DNA of 64,000 nt from Desulfatiglandales bacterium (GTDB lineage: Bacteria; Desulfobacterota; DSM-4660; Desulfatiglandales; Desulfatiglandaceae), in NCBI GenBank assembly GCA_963662465.1, contig OY759599.1, positions 1,920,001 through 1,984,000 on the forward strand, read 5' to 3'. The number at the start of each line of letters is the position of its first letter. The first letter of the stretch is position 1. The position numbers were made by a program, and so were the translations under genes. Shown piece after piece: positions 28,532 through 38,735 of the stretch. The notes below the pieces were generated by a model that had not been told where the DNA came from, did no database searches, and saw nothing but the letters and a program-made list of their open reading frames with translations.

Positions 28532-31516
28532 ATGAAAAGACGGCTCCTGTTTGACCTTTTTCTCCTCAGCTTGTTTGTGTCGGCGCTGCTGGCCGGGGCT
28601 ATGCTGTACTTTTCCATGAAAGACTATGCTCTCACAACAGCTCATGCCGATGCTCAGAGAACCACCAATCTGCTGGCTGAAAATATTTCGGCCGGCATCA
28701 CCGAATATCAGCGGGCGGTTCAGCTTCTGGCGGGGACCGAAGCCATTCTAAAGGCGATCCGCACGCCAACCCCGGAATTCCTGGACCCAGCCAACCGGGC
28801 GCTTGAACGGTTAAGAAAAATCTTTGATGCGGAAGTGTGTTACCTCATGAACAAAAAGGGGATCACCCTTGCCTCATCCAATTGGAACGATGCAAACAGT
28901 TTCGTCGGCAAGAATTATGGATTCCGTCCCTATTTTAAACATGCCATTCAGGGCCGGCCCTTCACCTATATGGCCGTGGGCGTCACCACCCACATCCCGG
29001 GAATTTTCTACAGCTGCCCCGTAACGGGTACTCAAAATACAACCCCTGACGGCGTTGTGGTCATCAAGGCTTCCATTAACAATCTGAGGCAAATTATTTC
29101 CCGGTGCGAAAAAGGGTACATGATGCTCACAGGCCCCCATGGGGTTATTTTTATCTCCAACCAGGAAAAATGGCTGTTTCATGTATTATGGCAGCTCCAG
29201 CCCGGGGCGCTTTCCACCATCGCACAAACCGGACAATTCGGGAAAGGCCCCTGGAACTGGACGGGCATGCACAACAAGGGAGAAAATGAAGCGATCGATG
29301 AATCCGGAATCACGTACTTCGTCCATAGTGCGCCCATCGCCCGGATGCCCCACTGGCGGCTCTATTTTCTCCATGACATTCAGGACATTCTGAGCACCAT
29401 CGCCCTGCCGCTCTTAAAAAATGCGAGCTACGGAACAGCCTTGTTTTTTCTGCTGATCGGAATTTCCAGTCTTTTGATGTTCCGGTTGAGAAGAGAAGAG
29501 CTGACCCACCTCCAGGCGGCGCACCAGGCCACGCGACTGCAAAAAACCTATCTGGAAAGCTCTGAAGAGCGGCTCAAGACCATATTTGAAACCGTCCAGG
29601 CGGGCATTATTGTCATTGACGCACAAACCCATATCATCACCGGCGCCAACCGGGCGGCGGTGGAGATGATCGGCCGGTCTGTTGAAGACATTGTGGATAA
29701 AGTGTGCCACCAGCACATTTGCCCTTTCGAAAAGGGGCATTGCCCCATCACCGATCTGGGCCAATCCGTGGATAATTCGGAGCGGACCCTGCTAAATGCC
29801 GCGGGAGAAGAAATCCCCATCCTCAAAACCGTGAAACCCTTCATCGCCAATGGCAAACCATACCTTCTTGAAAGCTTTGTGGATATTTCCGGCCTGGTGC
29901 GGGCCCGCAAGGAGGCCCAGGCCGCCAGCCGGACCAAGAGCGAATTTCTGGCCAACATGAGCCATGAAATCCGAACCCCCATGAACGGCATCATCGGCAT
30001 GACGGATCTGGCGCTTCAAACCGAGCTTACCGACGAACAGAATGAATTTATGACGGCGGTCAAAACCTCCGCCGACGCACTGCTCACCATTATCAACGAT
30101 ATTCTGGATTTTTCCAAGGTGGAAGCCGGCAAAATGGAGCTGGATTCCATTGATTTCGATTTGCGCACCACACTGGAAAACGCCATGGATCCCCTGGCGG
30201 TCAAGGCCCACGAAAAGGGCCTTGAACTGGTCTGCCGAATCGAATCCCAGGTTCCCACCGCCCTTTGCGGCGATCCGGTGCGGCTTCGCCAGATCGTGGT
30301 CAACCTGGCCGGTAACGCCATCAAATTCACCCCAACCGGCGAAGTGGTCATCGGCGTGGCTCTTGAAGCGGAAACGGACGAATCAGTCCAACTGCATTTT
30401 TCCGTTTCCGACACGGGAATCGGAATTCCCAGTGAAAAATCCGTCACTATTTTTGAGAGCTTCAGCCAGGCGGACGGTTCCATCACACGCCATTACGGGG
30501 GGACCGGGCTGGGTTTGGCCATCAGCAGACAACTGGTGGCGTTAATGAACGGTCTAATCTGGGTGGACAGCGAACAAGGAAAAGGGAGTACCTTCCATTT
30601 TACAGCCCAGTTCAGACATGGCCGGGTGGAACCGGCGCTGCCGGCAACGGTGGATGTTTCCAGCCTTGCGGGAATTCCCCTGCTCATTGTGGACGACAAT
30701 CAAACGAACCGTACGGTCTTCAGGGAAATGACCGCTGCCTGGGGAATGAAGCCCACCACTGTGGCAAACGGCAGTGAGGCTCTGGCGGAAGTGGAAAGGG
30801 CCAAGTCCGTCGGAACCCCCTATCGCTTCCTCTTGCTGGATTTCCAGATGCCGGGCCTTGATGGATACGAAACCGCCAAACAGATACAAGCCGGTGGAAA
30901 AGCCGAAACCCTCACCATTATCCTCCTGACTTCAGCCGGTCATCGGGGAGACGCGGCCAAATGCAGCGCCGTCGGCATTTCCGCCTATCTCCTCAAGCCC
31001 GTTAAACAGGCCGATCTCCTGGATGCCTTTCGTCTGGCCCTTGGGCAGCGACGTCACAAAGGGTCGGTCATCACCCGTTATACGGTTGAGGAAGCCCGAC
31101 GCAAACTGCGCATTCTGTTGGTTGAAGATAATCTGGTCAACCAGAAACTCGCCGCCAAGATCCTGGAAAAACGCGGACATCATGTTGTGGTGGCGGGAAA
31201 CGGAAAGGTGGCGCTCACAGAGATTCAAAAGATGGATTTTCATGTGGTCCTGATGGATGTGCAGATGCCTGTAATGGACGGTTTTGCCGCCACCCATGCC
31301 ATTCGGAACCTGACAACCGAGTTCCATGATGAAGCGGGAAACCACTTTCACCGGAAACATCCCGCTGCCGGCATTCCCATCATCGCCATGACGGCCCACG
31401 CCATGAAAGGCGATCGGGAAAAATGCCTGGCCGCGGGCATGGATGATTATGTGAGCAAACCCATCAAGGCAGAGACATTGTTTCCCATCATTGAAAAGTG
31501 GACGGTGGGAAAATAA
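28532..31516 (+). CDS. Hybrid sensor kinase (Cache-PAS-HisKA-HATPase-REC-REC)
   Basis: Two TM segments, NYGFRPYF Cache motif, FLANMSHEIRTPM, GTGLGL, two receiver domains. Confidence 0.93.
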   Translation: MKRRLLFDLFLLSLFVSALLAGAMLYFSMKDYALTTAHADAQRTTNLLAENISAGITEYQRAVQLLAGTEAILKAIRTPTPEFLDPANRALERLRKIFDAEVCYLMNKKGITLASSNWNDANSFVGKNYGFRPYFKHAIQGRPFTYMAVGVTTHIPGIFYSCPVTGTQNTTPDGVVVIKASINNLRQIISRCEKGYMMLTGPHGVIFISNQEKWLFHVLWQLQPGALSTIAQTGQFGKGPWNWTGMHNKGENEAIDESGITYFVHSAPIARMPHWRLYFLHDIQDILSTIALPLLKNASYGTALFFLLIGISSLLMFRLRREELTHLQAAHQATRLQKTYLESSEERLKTIFETVQAGIIVIDAQTHIITGANRAAVEMIGRSVEDIVDKVCHQHICPFEKGHCPITDLGQSVDNSERTLLNAAGEEIPILKTVKPFIANGKPYLLESFVDISGLVRARKEAQAASRTKSEFLANMSHEIRTPMNGIIGMTDLALQTELTDEQNEFMTAVKTSADALLTIINDILDFSKVEAGKMELDSIDFDLRTTLENAMDPLAVKAHEKGLELVCRIESQVPTALCGDPVRLRQIVVNLAGNAIKFTPTGEVVIGVALEAETDESVQLHFSVSDTGIGIPSEKSVTIFESFSQADGSITRHYGGTGLGLAISRQLVALMNGLIWVDSEQGKGSTFHFTAQFRHGRVEPALPATVDVSSLAGIPLLIVDDNQTNRTVFREMTAAWGMKPTTVANGSEALAEVERAKSVGTPYRFLLLDFQMPGLDGYETAKQIQAGGKAETLTIILLTSAGHRGDAAKCSAVGISAYLLKPVKQADLLDAFRLALGQRRHKGSVITRYTVEEARRKLRILLVEDNLVNQKLAAKILEKRGHHVVVAGNGKVALTEIQKMDFHVVLMDVQMPVMDGFAATHAIRNLTTEFHDEAGNHFHRKHPAAGIPIIAMTAHAMKGDREKCLAAGMDDYVSKPIKAETLFPIIEKWTVGK

Positions 31517-31552
31517 GAAATGAAACATTAGGATTAAAGAGGCATCCATCAT

Positions 31553-32362
31553 TTGACGAAAGATCGGGAGGCGCTTCAAAACCTGCTGGAAACCATTTAC
31601 CGGAAAAGGGGCTTTGATTTCAGAGAGTATAGAGAGAGCACCCTGATCCGGCGAATCGGGAGGCGTCTGCGCGCCACGGGTTCGGCAGACTATGAACAAT
31701 ACGCCGGTCTTCTGGACGAAAAGCCCCACGAATATACAAAGCTTTTTGACGATCTGACCATCAATGTGACCCAATTTTTCAGGGATACGCAGGCCTTCAC
31801 CGCCCTTGAAACGGTGGTGTTTCCCGAGTTGATCCACGGCAAAGACAAGGAAAGGGATATCCGCATCTGGAGCGCCGGATGTTCAACGGGAGAGGAGGCC
31901 TATTCCGTGGCCGTCCTTTTGCTGGAATTCCTCGGCGCCGAGGCAAAAATGTGGAGAATCCGAATCCTGGGAAGTGATCTTGATCCAAAGGCGGTCCATA
32001 AGGCAAAAGATGGGTTCTTTACCAGGGCCGCGGTAGAGGGTCTCCACTCAAAACGGCTCGAAGAATATTTCGCTCCGGAGAAAGAGGGTTTCAGAGTAAA
32101 AGAGGTGCTAAAGCGCATGGTAAGCTTTGAGGAACACAGCCTCATCGCCGCCCCCCCCTGTACCGGGCAGAATCTTGTGCTGTGTCGGAATGTCCTCATC
32201 TATTTCTCTCCCATCCTGCAGGCGCAGGTTTTGAAACACCTTCACCGGGGGCTACGCCACGGAGGTTTTTTGCTCTTAGGCAAGGCTGAGGCCCCGGGGA
32301 AGGAAACAAAAGGATTGTTTCAATGTGTAAACAACAAAGCAAAACTGTATCGGAAAGCGTGA
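31553..32362 (+). CDS. cheR: Protein-glutamate methyltransferase
   Basis: INVTQFFRD, IWSAGCSTGEEAYS, CRNVLIYF. Confidence 0.92.
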   Translation: MTKDREALQNLLETIYRKRGFDFREYRESTLIRRIGRRLRATGSADYEQYAGLLDEKPHEYTKLFDDLTINVTQFFRDTQAFTALETVVFPELIHGKDKERDIRIWSAGCSTGEEAYSVAVLLLEFLGAEAKMWRIRILGSDLDPKAVHKAKDGFFTRAAVEGLHSKRLEEYFAPEKEGFRVKEVLKRMVSFEEHSLIAAPPCTGQNLVLCRNVLIYFSPILQAQVLKHLHRGLRHGGFLLLGKAEAPGKETKGLFQCVNNKAKLYRKA

Positions 32363-32949
32363 TCCGTAATCCGCAATCCGCAATCCGCAATCTGGTTGTC
32401 ATTGCCGCGTCGGCCGGAGGGATTTCCCCGTTGACCCAGGTGATCTCTCAACTGCCCAAAGGGCTGGCGGCCGCGGTGATTGTGGTGCAGCACCTCTCGG
32501 CGAAAAGGGAAACCACTCTTCCCGAAATGCTGAATCGTCAGTCAAAATTACAGGTATCCCTGGCCGAGGACGGGATGCCCCTTGAAGCCGGAAAAGTCTA
32601 TATTGCGGAGCCGGGGAAACACCTCCTGGTGGAGGACGATTTCCTGTCCGTGGTTTTTTCCGAGCGGGTCCACTATGTGCGCCCTTCCGCGGACCTGCTC
32701 TTTGTCTCCGCGGCCACATCCTTCGGTCGACGTGTGATCGGGGTTGTTCTCTCCGGGACGGGCAAGGACGGGGCCCTCGGTTGCGTCTCCATCAAGGCAA
32801 AGGGAGGGGTCACCATGGCCCAGGATGAAGCAACCGCCGGTTACTATGGTATGCCGCAGAGCGCCATTGACGCCGATGCAATCGATTACGTTTTACCACC
32901 AAACCGTATCGTTGACAAGATTGTGGAACTGGTCAATACTACCCGATGA
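32359..32949 (+). CDS. cheB: Methylesterase, catalytic domain only (no REC)
   Basis: ASAGG, VQH, RPSADLLF, LSGTGKDG, GMPQSA; GTG overlaps cheR TGA. Confidence 0.88.
   Translation: MIRNPQSAIRNLVVIAASAGGISPLTQVISQLPKGLAAAVIVVQHLSAKRETTLPEMLNRQSKLQVSLAEDGMPLEAGKVYIAEPGKHLLVEDDFLSVVFSERVHYVRPSADLLFVSAATSFGRRVIGVVLSGTGKDGALGCVSIKAKGGVTMAQDEATAGYYGMPQSAIDADAIDYVLPPNRIVDKIVELVNTTR
32362..32391 (+). repeat. ATCCGCA heptamer tandem repeat inside the cheB 5' end
   Basis: atccgta-atccgca-atccgca-atccgca-at; degenerate copies at about 32982-33000. Confidence 0.85.
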
Positions 32950-33032
32950 CCGTTGAACCCATAACCGATTCGTTATTTGTCAATCCGCATTCCGCAATCC
33001 AAATAAAAAAAAGGGGGAAAAGGTAAACAGCC

Positions 33033-34547
33033 ATGAAAAAAGTAAAGGTATTACGCCATTCACGGTCGGCGGGAGATCTCCGGACCCGGCCCACGACCAC
33101 CACCGACAGGTTTAAAGAAACGGTGCCGGCCAAGGTGAGCCGGAATATCCGCCAGGGGCACCTGGTGAAGGCCATGAGGGGCATCAACCACCTTGAATGG
33201 GAGCCCTGGGAACAGACGGTTACAGAGATGCAGCGGGCCATGGACCGGCAACGTCTGAACCAGAACAATCGTTTTTATAACGCCCTGGACACGGCCCATC
33301 AGATGGTACAGGAGATACGGCGAAGGGAAGAGGAACTTCAGGCCATCAACGAGGAAATGGAGGCTTCAAACGAAGAGCTTCAGGCCACCAATGAGGAGAT
33401 GGAGGCTACCAATGAAGAGTTGCAGGCGACTTCGGAAGAGCTGCGCCAGGCGGGGGCCTATGCCGGCAGCCTGATCGAGGCGAGCCTGGATACCCTGGTG
33501 ACCATCGGTTCGGATGGAAAAATCACCGATATCAATTCCGAAACGGAAAGAATCACCGGTCGCACCAGAGAAGAACTCGTGGGCACGGACTTTTCGAATT
33601 ATTTCACGGATCCCGAGAATGCAAGGACAGGGTATCTGAAAGCCTTAAAGGAGGGGGCGGTGCGAGACTATCCTCTGGAACTCCGGCACGCCGATGAGCA
33701 TGTGACGCCTGTCCTGTACAACGCCTCGGTGTATCGGGACGAGGCCGGGAAGGTCTTAGGGGTTTTCGCGGCAGCCCGGGACGTCACGGAGCAGAAAAAA
33801 ACAGAGGAAAAGCTGAAAAACCTGCTGGATCAACTCAAAGGATCCCAGGCCCAACTCATACAGGCCGGAAAAATGGGCGCCATGGGCACCATGACCGCCG
33901 GCATAGCGCACGAACTTAACAACCCCATGATGGGGATACTCAATTTTGTTCAGTATTGTCTCAAACACACCTCACCGGACGACAGGCGATACACGGTCCT
34001 TCAAGACGCTGAGAATGAAACGAAACGCTGTGCTGAGATTGTTCAGAATCTCTTAACCTTTTCCCGCATGGAGCAGGAAGGTGAGGAAGAGTATACTAAA
34101 GTGAGCTGCAAGATGATACTGGATCGCGTTCTCAAGTTACTATCCTACCGGGTCGAGAGAGAAAAGGTATTGCTCACTGAACATACGGCTGAAGAAATCC
34201 CCCCCATCTGGGTGAAAGAAAACAATATTCAACAGGTGATCTTCAATTTGATCGGCAATGCCCTGGACAGTTTAAGAACCAGCGATAAAAAAAAGATCCA
34301 TGCGGACATACGCCCTGAAGGTAAATTTGTCCAAATAACCATTGGGGATACCGGGTGTGGTATTTCCCCTGAAAACCTCCAAAAAATCTTCGATCCCTTT
34401 TTTACCACAAAACCTGTCGGGAAAGGAACGGGGCTTGGACTTTCCATATGCCACAGCATTGTCGAGTCCCACGGCGGAAATATCAAAGGAACAAAGATAA
34501 GGGTTCTATTACCCATTGAGAAAAGTGACGGGGATAAGGGAAATTAA
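33033..34547 (+). CDS. Coiled-coil-PAS histidine kinase
   Basis: NEELQATNEE heptads, PAS, AHELNNP H-box, FDPFFTTK, GKGTGLGL. Confidence 0.9.
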   Translation: MKKVKVLRHSRSAGDLRTRPTTTTDRFKETVPAKVSRNIRQGHLVKAMRGINHLEWEPWEQTVTEMQRAMDRQRLNQNNRFYNALDTAHQMVQEIRRREEELQAINEEMEASNEELQATNEEMEATNEELQATSEELRQAGAYAGSLIEASLDTLVTIGSDGKITDINSETERITGRTREELVGTDFSNYFTDPENARTGYLKALKEGAVRDYPLELRHADEHVTPVLYNASVYRDEAGKVLGVFAAARDVTEQKKTEEKLKNLLDQLKGSQAQLIQAGKMGAMGTMTAGIAHELNNPMMGILNFVQYCLKHTSPDDRRYTVLQDAENETKRCAEIVQNLLTFSRMEQEGEEEYTKVSCKMILDRVLKLLSYRVEREKVLLTEHTAEEIPPIWVKENNIQQVIFNLIGNALDSLRTSDKKKIHADIRPEGKFVQITIGDTGCGISPENLQKIFDPFFTTKPVGKGTGLGLSICHSIVESHGGNIKGTKIRVLLPIEKSDGDKGN

Positions 34548-34548
34548 A

Positions 34549-34932
34549 ATGAGCAAGCGTATTTTGGTCATTGACGATGAATTGTCCATCAGGAAATCGT
34601 TTCTCCTGGCCCTTGAAGATACGGGGTACCTGGTGGATACCGTTGAATCGGGGGAGAAAGGGATCGAAATGGAACAAAACAACAAATATGATCTGATCTT
34701 TCTTGACCTCAAGATGCCGGGGTTAAACGGCGTGGAAACCTTGCGGGCACTGCGAAAAATAGATATGGATGTACCGATTTACATTGTAACGGCTTTTCAT
34801 AAAGAGTTTTTTGAAGGACTCAAAAAGGCGGGAGAAGACGGAATAGACTTTGAGATGGTCAAGAAACCCATCGGTGGCGCCGATATTGTTTTGGTCGCCA
34901 AAAGTGTCTTGGAAGGGGCAACAGGATATTAG
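34549..34932 (+). CDS. Single-domain response regulator
   Basis: ILVIDDE, FLDLKMPG, VTAF, KKP. Confidence 0.9.
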   Translation: MSKRILVIDDELSIRKSFLLALEDTGYLVDTVESGEKGIEMEQNNKYDLIFLDLKMPGLNGVETLRALRKIDMDVPIYIVTAFHKEFFEGLKKAGEDGIDFEMVKKPIGGADIVLVAKSVLEGATGY

Positions 34933-34976
34933 ATTGCGGACTATCGCCAATCTTCAATATTATAAAGGGAAGCGCC

Positions 34977-35273
34977 ATGAAACGAATACTACTCCGTTTA
35001 TACGTTACCGGTTCAACACCACGATCCATGAAGGCCATCGCAAACCTGAAAGCTATTTGTGAAGGGGAATTGAAGGGCAAAGTCGATCTTCAGGTGATAG
35101 ATGTTTTGGAACATCCCCAATTGGCTGAAAATGAGAAGGTCATTGCAACCCCCACCCTGATCAAGGAGATTCCCCCGCCCTTAAGGCGTATCATCGGGGA
35201 CCTGTCGGACAAGGACAGGGTCCTGCTTGGGCTTGAGATTGTTGAGGCAATCGCACTCAAGAAAACAGAATGA
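34977..35273 (+). CDS. kaiB: KaiB family protein
   Basis: LRLYVTGSTPRS, IDVLEHPQLAE, ATPTLIK..PPPLRRIIGDLSD. Confidence 0.93.
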   Translation: MKRILLRLYVTGSTPRSMKAIANLKAICEGELKGKVDLQVIDVLEHPQLAENEKVIATPTLIKEIPPPLRRIIGDLSDKDRVLLGLEIVEAIALKKTE

Positions 35274-35356
35274 AAAAGATCCTTGTCGCGCCGGCGCTGA
35301 TCAAAGACCTGCCGGCGGCCTCTCAGACAGGTCATCAATCCTTTCCGCCACCCTGA
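35270..35356 (+). pseudogene. Degenerate kaiB fragment
   Basis: KKILVAPALIKDLPA then, after a 1-nt shift, PLRQVI aligns with KaiB KVIATPTLIKEIPPPLRRII. Confidence 0.55.
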
Positions 35357-35372
35357 ATGAGCCGGAGGTTTT

Positions 35373-36866
35373 ATGAAAACAAAGGCTTTTCGCATTCTTG
35401 CCCTGGACGATGAACCGTCGATCCTCCAGTTGTACAAGCGGATACTCCCCGCGGGACAAGGCGGGAAACCGATCCCCGCCGGGGTCGCCTTTGATCTGAC
35501 CTGTTGCGCCCGCGCTGAAGAAGCCGTGGAAGTCTTTCGGGAGGCCGTGGCGGAGAACCGACCCTTTTCGGTGGTTTTTCTGGATATCCGCATGCCTGAA
35601 GGACGGGACGGGGTGTGGGCGGCCGAGGAAATCCGGAAACTGGATACTACCATGGGGATCGTCATGGTCACCGGAGATATTGACGCCGATTTTGATGATG
35701 TGGAACGTCGGGTCCCACCGCCGGACAAGCTCTTCTATTTGGCAAAGCCGTTCAATGCCAAGGAAATCCGCCGGTTTTCCCTGGCCCTCTGTGCCCGATG
35801 GGAGGCGGAAAGGGAACTGCTCCGGATCCATGACCATCTGGAAACCATGGTGGCGGAGAGAACCGCTGCCCTGACGGACGCCAACGAACATCTCAAGGCC
35901 GAAGCGGTAAACCGCCTGGCGGCGGAAAAGACCCTTCGGCTCAGCCAGGAAAACTTCCGTAACATGATTTTGGAAAACGCGGACGGCATCATCATCTTTG
36001 ACCCGGAACAGATGGTTCGGTTCGTCAACCCAGCGGCGGAAGGGATCTTCCGGAAAAAGGCGGAAAAATTCATCGGGACCTCCCTGGGGTTCCCCCTGGT
36101 GGACGGAGACAAAACGGAACTGGATATCGTCCAACCTGGAGGCACTTTGATGGTGGTGGAAATGCGGGTGACGGAAACCCGCTGGGAGGGGGAAAAGGCC
36201 TATCTCGCTTCCCTCCGGGACATCTCGGAGCACAGTCGCACCAAGGAAGACCTGAGAGAAAGCGTCGAAAGTCTTGAAAACACCATGACTCGTACGGTGG
36301 AGGCCATGGCCAGGACCGTTGAAAGAAGAGACCCCTACACGGCGGGCCATCAGTACAGGGTGGCGACACTGTCGCGGGCCATCGGCCGGGAGATGGGATT
36401 TTCCGACCAGGAGATCCTGGGCCTCTACATGGCGGCTCTGGTTCACGACATCGGCAAAATATGTATTCCCGCGGAGATCCTTTGCAGACCCGGACGCTTG
36501 AGCAAACCGGAAATGAACATGATCCAATACCATTCCCAAGACGGATACGACATTCTGAAAGACATCCCCTTTCCCTGGCCCATCGCCCGCATTGTCCTGC
36601 AGCATCATGAACGCATGGACGGCTCCGGCTACCCAAAGGGTCTTTCCGGAGATGAAATTATGATGGAGGCTCGGATCCTGGCCGTGGCGGATGTGGTGGA
36701 AGCCATGGCCTCCCACCGCCCCTACCGGGAGGCCCGGGGGCTCCCGCTCGCCCTGGAGGAAATCTCAAAGAACAGCGGAAAATTCTATGACCGGCAGGTG
36801 GTGAACACCTGCGTAAGATTGTTCGAGGAACAGCAATTCACCCTGCCCAACGGGCTGGATTCATAA
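35373..36866 (+). CDS. REC-PAS-HD-GYP cyclic-dinucleotide phosphodiesterase
   Basis: REC FLDIRMP, PAS, RDPYTAGH, HDIGK, HHERMDGSGYP, ADVVEAM.SHRPYR. Confidence 0.92.
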   Translation: MKTKAFRILALDDEPSILQLYKRILPAGQGGKPIPAGVAFDLTCCARAEEAVEVFREAVAENRPFSVVFLDIRMPEGRDGVWAAEEIRKLDTTMGIVMVTGDIDADFDDVERRVPPPDKLFYLAKPFNAKEIRRFSLALCARWEAERELLRIHDHLETMVAERTAALTDANEHLKAEAVNRLAAEKTLRLSQENFRNMILENADGIIIFDPEQMVRFVNPAAEGIFRKKAEKFIGTSLGFPLVDGDKTELDIVQPGGTLMVVEMRVTETRWEGEKAYLASLRDISEHSRTKEDLRESVESLENTMTRTVEAMARTVERRDPYTAGHQYRVATLSRAIGREMGFSDQEILGLYMAALVHDIGKICIPAEILCRPGRLSKPEMNMIQYHSQDGYDILKDIPFPWPIARIVLQHHERMDGSGYPKGLSGDEIMMEARILAVADVVEAMASHRPYREARGLPLALEEISKNSGKFYDRQVVNTCVRLFEEQQFTLPNGLDS

Positions 36867-36875
36867 AGAGTCTCC

Positions 36876-37555
36876 ATGACCCCGCTCCATCTTCGTCACC
36901 CGATTCATACATTAAGCGGCCGGCAGTTGCTTTCCTCGGGCGCTGCACTCACAAAAGAGACCTTAGATCAGCTCATTTTGTCAAATAAAACAATGCCCGA
37001 ACCATCCTTTTCAGTGATGGATCATGGCTCGACCAAAAGGGACCTCCTTGATTTTATTCATCAGCCGCCCTATAACGCCATATTCTCCGACCCGGAACGA
37101 ATCCGGGATTGATGACCCGCATGGCATCTGTTTGTGAGGAACGGGATATGCTTGAGCATCATGCCGCAGCCGGGTATATTCTGCTTTGTTATCACCTAAA
37201 GGACAAAAACAACCTGGTGGCCCGAGTGGCGCTGAACCATCATGAACGAAGAAACGGCGCCGGATACCCAGAAGGGATAAAGCAAACAGACCGACTGATT
37301 GAAATTGTGGCCGTCTGTGACATCTATGACGCCCTCGTTTCCCGAAGACCCTATCGGGCCGCACCTTATGACAACCGCACAGCACTGGAGGAAATTACCC
37401 TGTTGGCGGAAAAAGGTGAAATATCCTGGGAGGCACTCAACGCATTGATCTCCCATAACCGCAGAAAAAAACCCCACTACAGCCGAGTTATCGCGTTCAT
37501 GGAAAAAAGGGGGGTTCCACCACCAAAGAATGTTTATGGTGTCACGGTAGAATAA
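36876..37555 (+). pseudogene. Frameshifted, internally deleted HD-GYP-type gene
   Basis: Frames join near 37110 if one T is added; HHERRNGAGYP and DIYDAL..RPYR present, HDIGK segment absent. Confidence 0.7.
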
Positions 37556-37831
37556 GGTATCTATTATTTCCTCGCCTCCCGTGGCCCCCAGTCACCTCAC
37601 CAGGTGACAACTATACTGATACAGGAGGCCAAGCAATAAACTTAAAAAGCTTTATGGGAAAATAATGGGCAATGCCGACATGTATGACGAGATGCTACTG
37701 TCTGCGATTTCGCCCTGGGAGTGTTGAGGAAGGATAGGTTGCAAAACTTTAAAAGAACGTCCCGGTTCCCATGGGGGGGGTTGCCATTCAAAATGAGTTA
37801 TCGTCCAGATTGTATGGTAACGGGGAGTGGT

Positions 37832-38014
37832 ATGGCGATAAAGGGGGTGTTAAGAGAGGAATTGGATAATTCCGTCAGAATGCAGAAAAGATATGAGGAA
37901 GAACTCGAAAGGCTTCCTGTTGGCAGTCTTGTAAGAAAGAAAATCAAGGGGCATTACGTGGACAGGAGTCAAGATGACCCTTTCCATTTCTGCCCCCAGA
38001 CCCCTGACTCCTGA
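37832..38014 (+). pseudogene. Truncated small gene
   Basis: MAIKGVLREELDNS..LPVGSLVRKKIKGHY with GGAG RBS, broken at a caggagtca/tgactcctg inverted repeat. Confidence 0.45.
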
Positions 38015-38057
38015 TCCCCAACCCCCACCTTCTGTCCCCAAACGGGGAACAAATTCC

Positions 38058-38085
38058 TTGACAACCGTACCATAAACAGTACAAT
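38058..38085 (+). promoter_or_regulatory. Sigma70 promoter with GTAC-N8-GTAC operator for the TA pair; transcript probably leaderless
   Basis: TTGACA-16 nt-TACAAT, GTG start 7 nt after the -10 box. Confidence 0.6.
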
Positions 38086-38091
38086 CCCTCT

Positions 38092-38439
38092 GTGGATAAG
38101 AGAAAGATCATAAGCGCCCATTTTTATAAATCCTCTTCGGGAAGAATGCCAGTACGGGAATGGCTCCTGTCATTATCAAAAGAGGACAGAATCGAGATCG
38201 GCGGAGATATCGCCAATGTAGAATACCATTGGCCCGTAGGCCCGCCAAAATGTAAACCCATCGGCGATGGGATGTTCGAAATTCGCTCCAGAATTTCGAA
38301 CGACCGAATCGCCCGGGTGCTTTTCTTTACAGAATCCGATCAGTTATATCTACTTCATGGATTCATCAAGAAAACCACCAAAATCCCCAAACGGGACGTC
38401 GATCTGGCGCGGAACCGAAAGAAGGTAATGGAGGGATAA
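38092..38439 (+). CDS. RelE/HigB-like toxin (Gp49-like)
   Basis: FY....GRMPVREWL, WPVGPP, MFEIRS, ARVLF, LLHGFIKKT. Confidence 0.88.
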   Translation: MDKRKIISAHFYKSSSGRMPVREWLLSLSKEDRIEIGGDIANVEYHWPVGPPKCKPIGDGMFEIRSRISNDRIARVLFFTESDQLYLLHGFIKKTTKIPKRDVDLARNRKKVMEG

Positions 38440-38441
38440 AA

Positions 38442-38735
38442 ATGATCAACAAAAAGCATATCGGACAAGGTTTTGAGGATTTTCTCCAGGAAGAAGGGAT
38501 CTACGAACAAGTCCAGTTGAATGCCTTGAAAAAGACCCTTGCGCATCAGATCAAGGCCATGATGGAGGAACGAGGCATACCCAAAACAGAGATGGCAAGT
38601 CGTATGCACACGAGCCGATCCTCTCTGGACCGTCTTCTAAATGAGAATTTCTGCAACGTGACCATCGGCACGATCAGTAAGGCAGCAACTGTTCTGGGAA
38701 AACGAATCGAACTCTCCCTCGTGGACAACGGATAA
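38442..38735 (+). CDS. XRE/HigA-like antitoxin
   Basis: HIGQGFEDFL, KTEMASRMHTSRSSLDRLL HTH. Confidence 0.88.
   Translation: MINKKHIGQGFEDFLQEEGIYEQVQLNALKKTLAHQIKAMMEERGIPKTEMASRMHTSRSSLDRLLNENFCNVTIGTISKAATVLGKRIELSLVDNG

Noticed and set aside
33340..33445. 21-nt periodic repeats as a CRISPR-like or guide array
   Set aside because: They encode in-frame coiled-coil heptads of the kinase; no unique spacers or cas genes
35301..36716. 471-aa minus-strand ORF (also 52185-53717, 62268-63425, 26749-27720, 50768-51718)
   Set aside because: Antisense shadows of well-supported genes in GC-rich coding DNA
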